A DNA stretch of 63,246 nt, the filler included, from Stramenopiles sp. TOSAG23-3 (taxonomy: Eukaryota): assembly GCA_900128585.1 (NCBI GenBank). It is 13 parts of 13 records of this genome, joined end to end, with 100 filler letters (N's around TTAATTAATTAA, not from the genome) between each part and the next. Parts side by side here need not be neighbours in the genome. Positions count along the whole stretch, not along the records: positions 50,058 to 55,501 come from LT643528.1; positions 55,602 to 61,036 come from LT643529.1; positions 61,137 to 62,141 come from LT646734.1; 10 more parts are not named here. The stretch is one strand, 5' to 3'. Position 1 is the stretch's first letter. Every line of letters begins with the position of its first letter. The position numbers and the translations under genes were made by a program. A model generated the notes under the pieces. It was not told where the DNA came from. It saw only the letters and a list, made by a program, of their open reading frames with translations, and ran no database searches. Of this stretch, positions 52,406-62,141 are shown piece after piece.

Positions 52406-53596
52406 ATGTTCTAGATATTTAATGACAAACGCACTGCATGCCATTGTGCTGCGCAAAAGAATGAAATTGATATTATTTCGTTTTTGGTCGCCAACGGCGC
52501 AGACATAAATGTTCAAACAGAGAATCCTAAAGGTATGACAAGCGAAGAGAAGAAAGCAATGCTTTCTGCATTTTCAAAAAAAACTAGGATAGAAAGAGCA
52601 CACGACTTCATTCCTCTCGACGATTATGGGCGTACTGTTATTCACATTGCTGCTGAGAAAAATTTTCTCTTATTGTGTCACCGTCTTGTTCAATGAGGAT
52701 CACAAGTAAACGCCAAAGATCACCACGGAAACACCGCGTTGCACTTTGCTGCAGAGGGTGGGCATACCGAACTGGTCCTCCGACTGCTCGGCCTTGGGGC
52801 AGACCCTCGTTTGTACAATCGTCGGGGGAAAACAGCAGAGTTCATAGCCAATGAAACTCTTCACTTTGAATGTACAGCAGTTATGAAAAAAAACGCCAGT
52901 AAAGTTTATAATTTACTTGCTCATAAGACCTCAGATTCGTTTTTCGTATCGCTTAAAGTTGCAGGAATCAGTGACTATTTTGGGATATTGGGGTTGGAAG
53001 GTCACTGTCACGATATGCGTGTTTTATGCGATAAAGTCGTGATGACGTCAAAAAAACTGAAAAACTTAGGCTTTTTTCCAGCAGAATTGAGGCGTATCGA
53101 TCGTATATGTAAAAACAAAGATCTTGGGCGCTCTTTAAAATTGGAATTGGTTGAAAATGACATTCTATCTGCGTATAAAGTGCTCGTTATGCGTGGCAAC
53201 CGCTTTAGTTTCGATCTACTTCAAATCGATGAAGATATTTTGAAGCAGTTGTCAGAAACAGATTCTTCGAAGCTGAAAAGTTTACAGGCCAAAATCAGCG
53301 AAGAATTCCACTTAAATGATAACAAAGAGAAACATTCGATTGAAAAGTTTTGGGCAACTGCTCAGATTGACAGTTCACTGACAGAGCTCGGAGATGCTAT
53401 ACGAGATATGAAACGAATGGACGAGTTGGAACATGACTTTAATCCTGTGCGCCCGGAAGCCCCAAGCCCAAAAGATTCGGTTCGCAATGCCTCGCCAAGA
53501 CAAGAAAGGTTTAGAGTCAAATACAATCATACCGGGTTCTTGGCTGCAGGGGACATCAATGTAAAAGATATGGTACATATACATAATGATATGTAG
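52406..53596 (+). pseudogene. Ankyrin-repeat + SAM-like gene with in-frame stops
   Basis: One frame: ATG-TTC-TAG(52412)..KRTACHCAAQKNEIDIISFLVANGADIN..GRTVIHIAA..LVQ*(TGA 52694)GSQVNAKDHHGNTALHFAAEGGH..; SAM-like segment follows. Confidence 0.75.
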
Positions 53597-54005
53597 CTTC
53601 CGTCGTTGTTTTCTTCATTTTATTGTTATTATAATTATTACTCTAATTACTACGTAACCCTAATCCCTAACCCTATTACTCTTTTATTGTTGTACCTGTT
53701 TCTTCTTAGTGTCTTCTAATATATTGTGCTTTTTTTCACAATCGGTGAAAAGTTGGTTTTAATGACCGAAAAAATAGAAAAATTCAGTACAGGAACATAT
53801 CATGGGGGTGATTTTTAAGTAATACATAGAAATAGCATAGAAGTGTTTTTTTATTTCACAAAAAAATTATTATTTTATTTTCACTCTACGAATTTATATA
53901 GGCATTTATTATAAGTACGATATTTTTAGGTTTTGCGATAAAATTAAAATGTTTTTTGTACTTGTATTATTTAATCCCATACAGCAGCAGCAAATTGTTT
54001 TAATT

Positions 54006-55169
54006 TTAGAATTCTCCAATTTCTGAAGTGCATTGGTCGAATCGTTTCATACTCCTCATAACCCCAAATACAATTTTATCGTTCATTTGCAACAACGTTT
54101 TTTGCTGAAATTCAAACCGAAGACGTCTGCCCCTCTGAACACGTCTTAAACGCCGAGGCGACGATGCGTGGGAACACACATCGATCGCATACTTCTTTAT
54201 CCAATCCAAATAAAAATCCACACGGGTGTGGTATGCAACAAACCCAGCCCCCTCACCAAAAATACCACCAGCCTGAGAAACGACCCCGACTTGGACCCCG
54301 TTTACAAATAATGGCCCTCCACTATCGCCACCACCAACGAGAGCTAAGCGTTTATCCACTGGGGCATTGCATAAAACTGGTTTCCCTTGTAAAGTTTGCA
54401 CTTTCCTGACTTCACGCTTTACATATCTGTATACCTTTTGGTTCAAGCCAGGAAACAACCTCAGGGCCCTTGCGTACAATTTGTCGCGAGCAAGCCTGGC
54501 CATGATGAGAAGAGCCGGCACTTGTTCGCATGCATGCCCACTGTGAATAAGCACTTGCGCTTTGCGAGCAACTTTGGTAGTAACCTCTTCCGTATTACCT
54601 GTGTTCCATGTTGCTTGAGAATTCGTATTACCATAGCCGACAATGTCACCAATTTGGCAAACATGGTCATCGCCTGCACGGGTAGGGAGGCGAACGGGTT
54701 CAATGTGAGTTATGCATTTGTTTAAATACGCTAAGGCTATGTCGCCCGGGTAAGCAGAAGTGATTTCCTTCCGCGCAATACGCCGCACAAAATCTTTAAT
54801 GTGGGTGCCATCAAACATATCTTGTATAAAACTTTCACGCGTATCATAGTCTTCGTTTAGTCGGTAGTTAACGATGCCGCTTGTAGTACCGTCCGAGAAA
54901 TGTACTTTGATCTTCGGCATAACTTTTGTCTTGCCTAACATTATACCAACATAACTAAAGCAATGCGAAGCAGCAAGAACGATTCCTGGAGAAATCAAAG
55001 TCCCAGTACAAAGGTGTGTAGTCCCTATGATGGGTAGTTCTATGGTAAGCCGAACTACGTTTGAATGCTCGCCAAGTGGAACTTCCTCTGCATTTCCAGA
55101 GATTGCCGTGCTGCCAACCACGAACAAAGCCAATGTCAGTAGCGTTAAGCGTTGAATATTTTTTGTCAT
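54006..55169 (-). CDS. Secreted S1 (trypsin-fold) serine protease
   Basis: Signal peptide; catalytic triad motifs CTGTLIS..LAASHC, GDIAL, GDSGGPL. Confidence 0.92.
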   Translation of the reverse strand: MTKNIQRLTLLTLALFVVGSTAISGNAEEVPLGEHSNVVRLTIELPIIGTTHLCTGTLISPGIVLAASHCFSYVGIMLGKTKVMPKIKVHFSDGTTSGIVNYRLNEDYDTRESFIQDMFDGTHIKDFVRRIARKEITSAYPGDIALAYLNKCITHIEPVRLPTRAGDDHVCQIGDIVGYGNTNSQATWNTGNTEEVTTKVARKAQVLIHSGHACEQVPALLIMARLARDKLYARALRLFPGLNQKVYRYVKREVRKVQTLQGKPVLCNAPVDKRLALVGGGDSGGPLFVNGVQVGVVSQAGGIFGEGAGFVAYHTRVDFYLDWIKKYAIDVCSHASSPRRLRRVQRGRRLRFEFQQKTLLQMNDKIVFGVMRSMKRFDQCTSEIGEF

Positions 55170-55602
55170 TATAGTTTTATTCGCGTTTCGTTTGAGCTTT
55201 GGTTAAATCGAGATTATTATGTTTTTGTTGGTTTTTAATTCGCAATCAAAAGTTTTCGGTTGTTTGTGTTTGTACTATTGTGTGATGGGGTGTGCATATA
55301 TACTATGATGAAAGTACTAGAAGACGACTAATAATATAGTTTTTCATAACATAATAAAGAAATATATTATTATACTCGAACACAGAACAACACAATCGGT
55401 GTTGTGTCCCTGTAAAAATGTTGAAGTAAAAATGTTGAAGAAGGAATAATGGTGGCGATCGATGATGGAGGACCGGTGGTGATGAAAATTATATAGGCAA
55501 TNNNNNNNNNNNNNNNNNNNNNNNNNNNNNNNNNNNNNNNNNNNNTTAATTAATTAANNNNNNNNNNNNNNNNNNNNNNNNNNNNNNNNNNNNNNNNNNN
55601 NG

Positions 55603-56436
55603 CTGTTCTTTGGCGTAGTCGTCGGGCTCGCCGTAAAAGCTTTTGGAGCGTTCGTTGACGATGTTTTTGGTCACGTTGATTACTACTTGTTCGATTTTGA
55701 CCGATGGAAACTGTACCCATGCATGGTTTTGGAATTCAGCGAGCTGAAGAAGTGGTACCAAGAGGGAAAGTTTACTCCTTATTTTGAATCCCTTGGCCCG
55801 GAAAGCCTGTACAAGGTCATCGAACATTTTATGGCTACGGTAAAGCCATACATGAGAGTCGAACGTGTAATCCGAGACGTACCCGCATCCGAGAGCAAAG
55901 GCCGGGTTAATTATGTGGTTGCGGGCATCAACGTCACAAATGCCCAGCAAATCGTGCAGGATCGGATGAAGAAAAAATCGGTTTGCTTACGCACTCGGGA
56001 AATTAACAACAAACACACGGACGTCGCGAAAGCCAAATTATTCGAACATCGCTACTTTGCCAACCGGGGGGAAGAGATCTTTTTGTCCTTTGAGACTCCT
56101 TGCAGGAGCTTTGTGTACGGATTTGTGAAGCTGAGGTTCAACAATGGGCCGGGGAGAGAGAAAGAGCGAGCTAACCTTCCCCCCGAATTGCAAGGGGCCG
56201 CAATCATTCGCTGGCTACAAGTGTACGGGCGTGCACTCGCCATTGGAGGCGGTGGGAGAGACAGAAGTTCCCAGCACGTCGGATTTGGAAGGCGGTTGAT
56301 GGACAGGGCAGAGGAAATCGCGAGAAACCGCGGGTACAAGAAAATTGCAGATATAAGTGGGATCGGGGTGAGGGAATATTATCGAAAGAAATTGGGATAC
56401 ACGTTGGAAGGGACCTACATGGTGAAGTATTTGTAA
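55603..56436 (+). CDS. ELP3: Elp3-family radical-SAM/GNAT protein, 3' part
   Basis: DRWKLYPCMV, RVERVIRDVP, CLRTREI, EIFLSFE, LQVYG, QHVGFGRRLM..AEEIA, ISGIGVREYYRKKLGYTLEGTYMVK. Confidence 0.92.
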   Translation: MFFGVVVGLAVKAFGAFVDDVFGHVDYYLFDFDRWKLYPCMVLEFSELKKWYQEGKFTPYFESLGPESLYKVIEHFMATVKPYMRVERVIRDVPASESKGRVNYVVAGINVTNAQQIVQDRMKKKSVCLRTREINNKHTDVAKAKLFEHRYFANRGEEIFLSFETPCRSFVYGFVKLRFNNGPGREKERANLPPELQGAAIIRWLQVYGRALAIGGGGRDRSSQHVGFGRRLMDRAEEIARNRGYKKIADISGIGVREYYRKKLGYTLEGTYMVKYL

Positions 56437-56460
56437 ATTTAGAATTCAGTTCGCAGTACA

Positions 56461-56513
56461 TTTAATTTTAATTTACTTCAATAACAGCCAATTTTCTTGT
56501 TTTTGAGTATGAT
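56461..56513 (-). repeat. Dispersed repeat family A, partial copy 3
   Basis: TTTAATTTTAATT..AATAACAGCCAATTTTCTTGTTTT..TATGAT matches 47912-47965. Confidence 0.75.
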
Positions 56514-56676
56514 AGCGGTATACGTACGAACGCACTTTTGATAAAATATGAACCCAGACACATTAAAACATATATGCTAGCGCTCGTACGCCCGTGCGCC
56601 TACCTCATTACGTTCTCGCACTTGTTCTACGCGAGTGGTTTTCTTGCATCGCGGTTGTGGTTCGTAGTTATTAAGA

Positions 56677-57642
56677 TTACTTGCCTGCTTCCTCGTCTAA
56701 ACCAAACAGTTCCGCCAACCTTATGGCTGTTTTCTCCGCTTGTGCAAAACGCTCCTCGTCACTGAGGGACCCATTCAAACTACCTTCCCGTATTTGTTTT
56801 GCTTGAGAAATTAATTCAAACAACTCTTCAGTATCTTCCGACAAATTACCCAAGTCCGAAAACAAAGATGCCACATCTAACTGCGCTGGATGTTGAACAC
56901 CGTCCGCGTTTATGCCCGGACCGTCTTGAGCAGGGGCCGTGGCACTGGACGCCGGCGCGCGGTTCCCTGGGCCAGGCGCATCGGTGGCCGCTTCATCGGG
57001 GAGGCTCATTTCCGACTTTTCCTTGTTGGACACCGTGCGCGGCTTTCCTGCAACTGGTTGAATGTTATCCCACATAACCGTCTGCAAGCATTCATAAACT
57101 CGAGCAACCGAAGACTTTTCTCGCTCAAGGTTCGAGTGCAGAGGGTTGGAACAGTCCGCCTCCACAAATTCTATTAGCTCTTCAATGCACCACGTGTTCG
57201 CTTGGTCTCTTACCGCCTTACTCTCGGCGTGCGCGCAGTCACTGTGGGTGGACACAAGCATCCGGCAACCGGGAACATTATCAGCAGAACATGCCGCCTT
57301 TGCAATTTCAAACGACGCAGCACCTTCAAGATGAGCACTAAACACAGAAATAAGGGCCTGGCACGTTGACGGGAGGGACACTTTGTCGCCGGCACTAGCA
57401 TTTATCAACACCCAAACTTCTACTTGTGCAGAGTAGTACTTGTTGGAGATGGTCAAGAGAGAAACATCGTACTCCGAACTGTCGTTTACCGTTTCTGTGC
57501 GACACACAGCGCGTTCTACTACATTGTCAACGGCGCAAGAGTGAAGCCCAGACGCCAAGGAATGTTTTCCAGCTTGCGGTGCACCCACAATAACAATCGA
57601 CGGTCTTACCGTGTTCGCGTGGGAGTCAACTACACTGGTCAT
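56677..57642 (-). CDS. AAGAB: Alpha/gamma-adaptin-binding protein p34 (AAGAB/Irc6)
   Basis: Pseudo-GTPase start IVIVGAPQAGK; TISNKYYSAQV; WCIEELIEFVE; REKSSVARVYECLQTVMW; LSDEERFAQAEKTA. Confidence 0.88.
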   Translation of the reverse strand: MTSVVDSHANTVRPSIVIVGAPQAGKHSLASGLHSCAVDNVVERAVCRTETVNDSSEYDVSLLTISNKYYSAQVEVWVLINASAGDKVSLPSTCQALISVFSAHLEGAASFEIAKAACSADNVPGCRMLVSTHSDCAHAESKAVRDQANTWCIEELIEFVEADCSNPLHSNLEREKSSVARVYECLQTVMWDNIQPVAGKPRTVSNKEKSEMSLPDEAATDAPGPGNRAPASSATAPAQDGPGINADGVQHPAQLDVASLFSDLGNLSEDTEELFELISQAKQIREGSLNGSLSDEERFAQAEKTAIRLAELFGLDEEAGK

Positions 57643-58226
57643 GTCTTGCCGAAAATGTATGTATATGGGTGGCAGTATAAACAAACAGCGCAACGTGCTA
57701 GTCTTCGGTCGGAAACGAAAATCCAACTGTTACGATCCTTTTTGTTTTGTTAATGTGCTGAATCATCACACATTATAAGTAGAACGATGTATAACCAATT
57801 TGCAGTCACTGCTTACTTTCAATTTTCTTTCTTCTTGGCTTGGTATTACCGACGAAGGAGAAGAAGAGAGAGAAGAGGAGTAGTAGTAGTAAGATGATGA
57901 TTATAGTAGATTTTAAATAATATCTCCTCCTTTTTTTTTCTTTCTTTCTTCAAATTCAAAAATAATAATAATAATATATGATAGTCGTTCTAATTAAACA
58001 AAAAATAAAGTCCAGGAATAAATATTAATACAGGTACACAGTATTAAATCTAAGGAAATTACTTCTTTATACCACCATCCAATAAAAAATAAGGTCAATT
58101 TTTATTATTATTATAGGTGGTATATTAATATCTGGGGGGGGGAAACTAAATTTATTTATCTCACGCAATTTTTTTCCCCAACAATTTAAGAATCATGTGA
58201 TAGACATCGTACAAAACTGTACATAT

Positions 58227-60449
58227 TTACGACTTTGTCTCCTTCCCGAGGCTCGCCGTCAGCACCACACTTCCCTCCTCTGCCTCCTCGTCTTCTGCGA
58301 TTGCATCCAACAGTGTCTGGATTTGAATAGTCCCCTCCGACAGCACCGACTGCTCCGCGTCCTTTGTGTACTCTTTAAACTCGGACCACCACCAACGCAT
58401 AAACTCGCGCCGATTCAGCGAGAGAATATTTGCTTGCACTGTCTTTGTCTGCATGACCTGCTTTTTCCGCCCCCACTTCTTTATTCTCACCGCTTTGGCG
58501 GTGCGCATCTTGACTCGTTTCTCGACCACGACTATCGGCTGTGCGTCAAACTTGCGCATAACGGCTTGCACCCGTTCCACTGTGTACTTTTGTGCCGGAT
58601 CCAGGAGAAACTTGCCCGGGAACTCCGCCGAGGGCTGGCTTTGCAGCTTGTGGGCAATAGCCACGCATTCTTCTGCTGAGAGTTGCCCATCGTGGTTGCG
58701 GTCGCAGGCCTCAAAGGCACAGCTCGCTTGCATCTCTGAACGCGAAAAAATGCCGTTGCCGTCCACATCAAGGTCCTCAAAGTCGTCCACGAGTTCCTTC
58801 AGGTGAGAGGGATTGCACAGGCCGTTGCGCAGGCACCAGAGCATGGCAAACTCGAACTTGTCGATCTTTCCGTCCTGGTCGCCAAGGCGGCACATGTAGT
58901 TGTACTCGCTCTCTGTTACCCCTGCGTACCGCTTGTCATCGGCCTTGTCTCGGATATAGCCCGCTGTCAGCGCGTTAGAGAGTGTCCCGAGCCCGTTCGC
59001 GTAGAGCGGCACGCCCACCAGCGAGTAGAACATGACAAACACAAGCGATTGCTGGTTGTTCGGTGACGGGCCCAGCAGCCCAGCCGTGGACGCCGCCGAG
59101 ACAGCAAAGTACAACCCCACGGAGTAGTCGGTGCCCTCGAGCGCGGCAAAGATTGCCGCACCCGCCAGGCCCCAACTTACCAGCAGCACCCACGCCATCA
59201 CCAGGTCCCAGTTGTCACCCATCCAGATCTTCGCCCGTACCCACGCGATTAGCACAGGCCGCCCGCGATACTTTGTCCGCACCGCGTCCAGCTCGTCGTG
59301 GTCTTTTTCTTCGTTGTACCACTTCTCCGACTGTTCGATGCTGTTCATCGCCACAATGGACAAGATCGCCGAGATCAGGACAGCACCGACGCAAATGTGT
59401 ACGATCGTGTACGACATGGACGCCAGCTTTCCCGGGTTGTCGCTGTACAGGTAGGCGCATAGGTGAGACCTGGGAATGCCAGCGTGGCCGGCAATCGCCT
59501 CGCGGTATTCGTCCGTCGCCAGCAGCTGCGCGAACAATCGCGAAGCGTTGGGGGCAACGCCGCGCACACTGTCGCCATCGACGCACGTCTCGAACTGATT
59601 CCACCCGCCGTTGACGGTTTCGCTCAGCGAACCATACCCAATAGAAAACCCCGCCTGGATGGCGTAGTAAAAGGCGTTCACAAAGGACCAGCCGTCCACG
59701 ACCATGTAAAGCACTGCGCCCCCGACCCACCAGACCAGAAACAGGAACACAAGCTGAGCCTTGGGCGAGTCTGCGACCCACCGCCAAAACCCGTTGCAGG
59801 GCAAGAGCACTCCGCAACACTTGACCCCCTCTAGGTACTTTTCCGCGTCTTTCATTGAGTACAGGTTTTCAACGGAGCCCCTGACTGCTCCTGGCTGTGC
59901 CCGTTTCTTCTCTTGCAACGACTGCGTTTCCAGAAGCGCGCCGTCCAGTTGCCTACGCGTCGTTTCCAGCTTGGAGTGGGCACGCTTTCGCAAGCGGGCG
60001 ATGCGGTCCTTGAGCCCGACCTGCAAAATTCCCTTTTGCATCGCATCGATCGCAGAGAGCTGGTCGCCGAACGGGCGCCCGCCCAGCATCTCGGGGCGGC
60101 CCATGAGGCGCACAAACTCGTCGTTGGACAGCGTAGTCATGTCAGTGGTGAACTTGCCGTCGTGTGAGGTCTCCTTGGAGACCTCGAAGATCATCCGCGT
60201 GAGCAGGTTTGGGTCGGCCCGGATGCCCGCCAGGCGGAGCCCGAGGACGACCTCCGGCATATCGAGCTCGTTGGTCCCGTCGGAATTCCACATGTGGAAC
60301 AGCTCGAGGAGTTTGAGGCGCACACGCTGCTCGGAGATCAAGGCATTGGTAGGGCGTGCCGCTGGGGGCAGCCCGTTCTCGGTGTGAAGTTTCAGCGAGG
60401 TGCGCGTGCGCTTGAGCGGGGAGAGCTCGACATCAGTTGGCGTTGCCAT
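58227..60449 (-). CDS. Two-pore-domain K+ channel-like protein with N- and C-terminal EF-hands
   Basis: 4 TM helices; P1 NAFYYAIQAGFSIGYG; P2 GLYFAVSAASTAGLLG; EF loops NSDGTNELDMPE, DQDGKIDKFE, DVDGNGIFSRSE, DRNHDGQLSAEE. Confidence 0.88.
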   Translation of the reverse strand: MATPTDVELSPLKRTRTSLKLHTENGLPPAARPTNALISEQRVRLKLLELFHMWNSDGTNELDMPEVVLGLRLAGIRADPNLLTRMIFEVSKETSHDGKFTTDMTTLSNDEFVRLMGRPEMLGGRPFGDQLSAIDAMQKGILQVGLKDRIARLRKRAHSKLETTRRQLDGALLETQSLQEKKRAQPGAVRGSVENLYSMKDAEKYLEGVKCCGVLLPCNGFWRWVADSPKAQLVFLFLVWWVGGAVLYMVVDGWSFVNAFYYAIQAGFSIGYGSLSETVNGGWNQFETCVDGDSVRGVAPNASRLFAQLLATDEYREAIAGHAGIPRSHLCAYLYSDNPGKLASMSYTIVHICVGAVLISAILSIVAMNSIEQSEKWYNEEKDHDELDAVRTKYRGRPVLIAWVRAKIWMGDNWDLVMAWVLLVSWGLAGAAIFAALEGTDYSVGLYFAVSAASTAGLLGPSPNNQQSLVFVMFYSLVGVPLYANGLGTLSNALTAGYIRDKADDKRYAGVTESEYNYMCRLGDQDGKIDKFEFAMLWCLRNGLCNPSHLKELVDDFEDLDVDGNGIFSRSEMQASCAFEACDRNHDGQLSAEECVAIAHKLQSQPSAEFPGKFLLDPAQKYTVERVQAVMRKFDAQPIVVVEKRVKMRTAKAVRIKKWGRKKQVMQTKTVQANILSLNRREFMRWWWSEFKEYTKDAEQSVLSEGTIQIQTLLDAIAEDEEAEEGSVVLTASLGKETKS

Positions 60450-61137
60450 GGGAACTAAATCCTTTCGCAAGAAGGCGCAGCAGAGATGGACAACAGGATT
60501 TACCAAGGTAAGAAAACTACCATAATCAAAAAATGGATAGATTTATTGGTGCTACTATACCAACCAAAAAATCTTCATCTCTTTTCTTCATTTTAACTTT
60601 TCTCAAGAAGTAATAATATCTTCTTCTTCATCAAGCAACAAAAAGTGAGTGTTATAGTAGACACTCGAAGACTATAATAATAAAAAATTGTTGTTTATTA
60701 TATTTTTTTTTCTTCTCTCTTTTTTTTTTTCTTCTTCCTCCATTTATTTAATACAAATGCTGCTGTGGCTACATAATGGCAATTGCTCAAAGTTGGGATC
60801 CACCAACATTTTACCACAACTTTGAGTAATAACAACAAACAAAAACAATAAACAAAATATTATAAACAATTTTTTAATTCCTATTTATTTAACAATATTA
60901 ATACAAGTGTTTCGCGTCAGGAGTGCTGTCGAAAAAAGATATATAGGCTGTTTTATTACATTTGAATACAAAGAGGTGTACTAAAATCGTGCAACAAACT
61001 GTTTCACGATTCTCTTGGATAAGTGTTATTTTTTGCNNNNNNNNNNNNNNNNNNNNNNNNNNNNNNNNNNNNNNNNNNNNTTAATTAATTAANNNNNNNN
61101 NNNNNNNNNNNNNNNNNNNNNNNNNNNNNNNNNNNNA

Positions 61138-61218
61138 GCAGGGCTGCAACCAAAAGTCCAGACCCACCCTCCTGTCCGGGGAGAGCCGCCTGCACCGGAA
61201 GCAAATGCAACGGGATGA
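61138..61218 (+). CDS. Possible 3' tail of an unknown gene
   Basis: GC-rich open frame from the contig edge (AGLQPKVQTHPPVRGEPPAPEANATG*), convergent with the next gene. Confidence 0.3.
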   Translation, partial: AGLQPKVQTHPPVRGEPPAPEANATG

Positions 61219-61411
61219 CGGCAAACGTTGTACCGTGCCCATAAAAATGCGAGAAGAGAGTTTAGTTTGTAAGAATATTTACAAAGGTACAAAATAAACT
61301 TTAAGTAAATACATACGATACTTCGTAATTCTTCAGAAGCCTATTGAAAAACAAATAAGAAGTACTACGAGAAGTCCCTACCTGCAAATATATTTGCGGT
61401 CGCTCGGCGCC

Positions 61412-62141
61412 TCACAATTTCAGACTGTCAATGTTTTTCTGTTTTTCATCCAGGCAGGATTGAACCCATTCGTGGACGGGGTTTTTCTCGCCATCAAAAG
61501 CGCCATGTTCGAAATATAATTTCGGTAAATTGGCAGGAGTCACGTGTGCAGAAAAATGGTCTTTTCCTTCCCCGACTCGCCATGATTTCACTATTCTATC
61601 TCTCAGTTTTTGCTTTATAAACAAAGACGCAATGCCCATGATCATTGAAATAATCCAAGGCGGGTCAATGAACAAAATTTTCTTCAGCTTGATTGGATAA
61701 TTATCTTGGTACAATTGTGCCATCCGCTTCTCCATTTCGGAGCTAAAATTCCCCCACCCCATATTTTTCATGTCCAACAGAAACGTTGCACCTCGCCGGA
61801 TATCCTCTAGGTTACTTGTCATGGAACTCAAAATGTCGGTCAAGTAAGCATACATTAAATCAAAAAATTCCGGGTGCTGGTACAAAGAGGATTTGAAAGT
61901 GTCCGCTCTAAAAAAAACGACGATCCTGCCTTCCACGTCGCGGCCGCAACACATGGTACTGTTTGGCATCATTTTCGCCATCTTTTCAGCAGCCTCTTTT
62001 ATCGAGTACTTTCTCACATCCTTATACGCATTCTGTTTCTTCATTCTTTTCAAAGCCTTGGGAATACTGCCTTTCGTTACAATTGCAAATTGTGCAAGAC
62101 TAAAGTCGGAGTCGTACGGTATATTTTCTTTCATAGCCGCT
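61412..62141 (-). CDS. CRAL-TRIO/Sec14 lipid-binding protein (5' truncated)
   Basis: GRDVEGRIVVFFR, GATFLLDMKNMGWGNF, QDNYPIKLKKILFIDPPW, FIKQKLRDRI, ANLPK. Confidence 0.9.

Noticed and set aside
52694..52696. Reassigned genetic code or selenocysteine TGA
   Set aside because: TGA, TAA and TAG all terminate well-conserved genes here (e.g. 7194, 16323, 56436, 12616). The site is not a redox Cys position, and I found no SECIS-like fold downstream.
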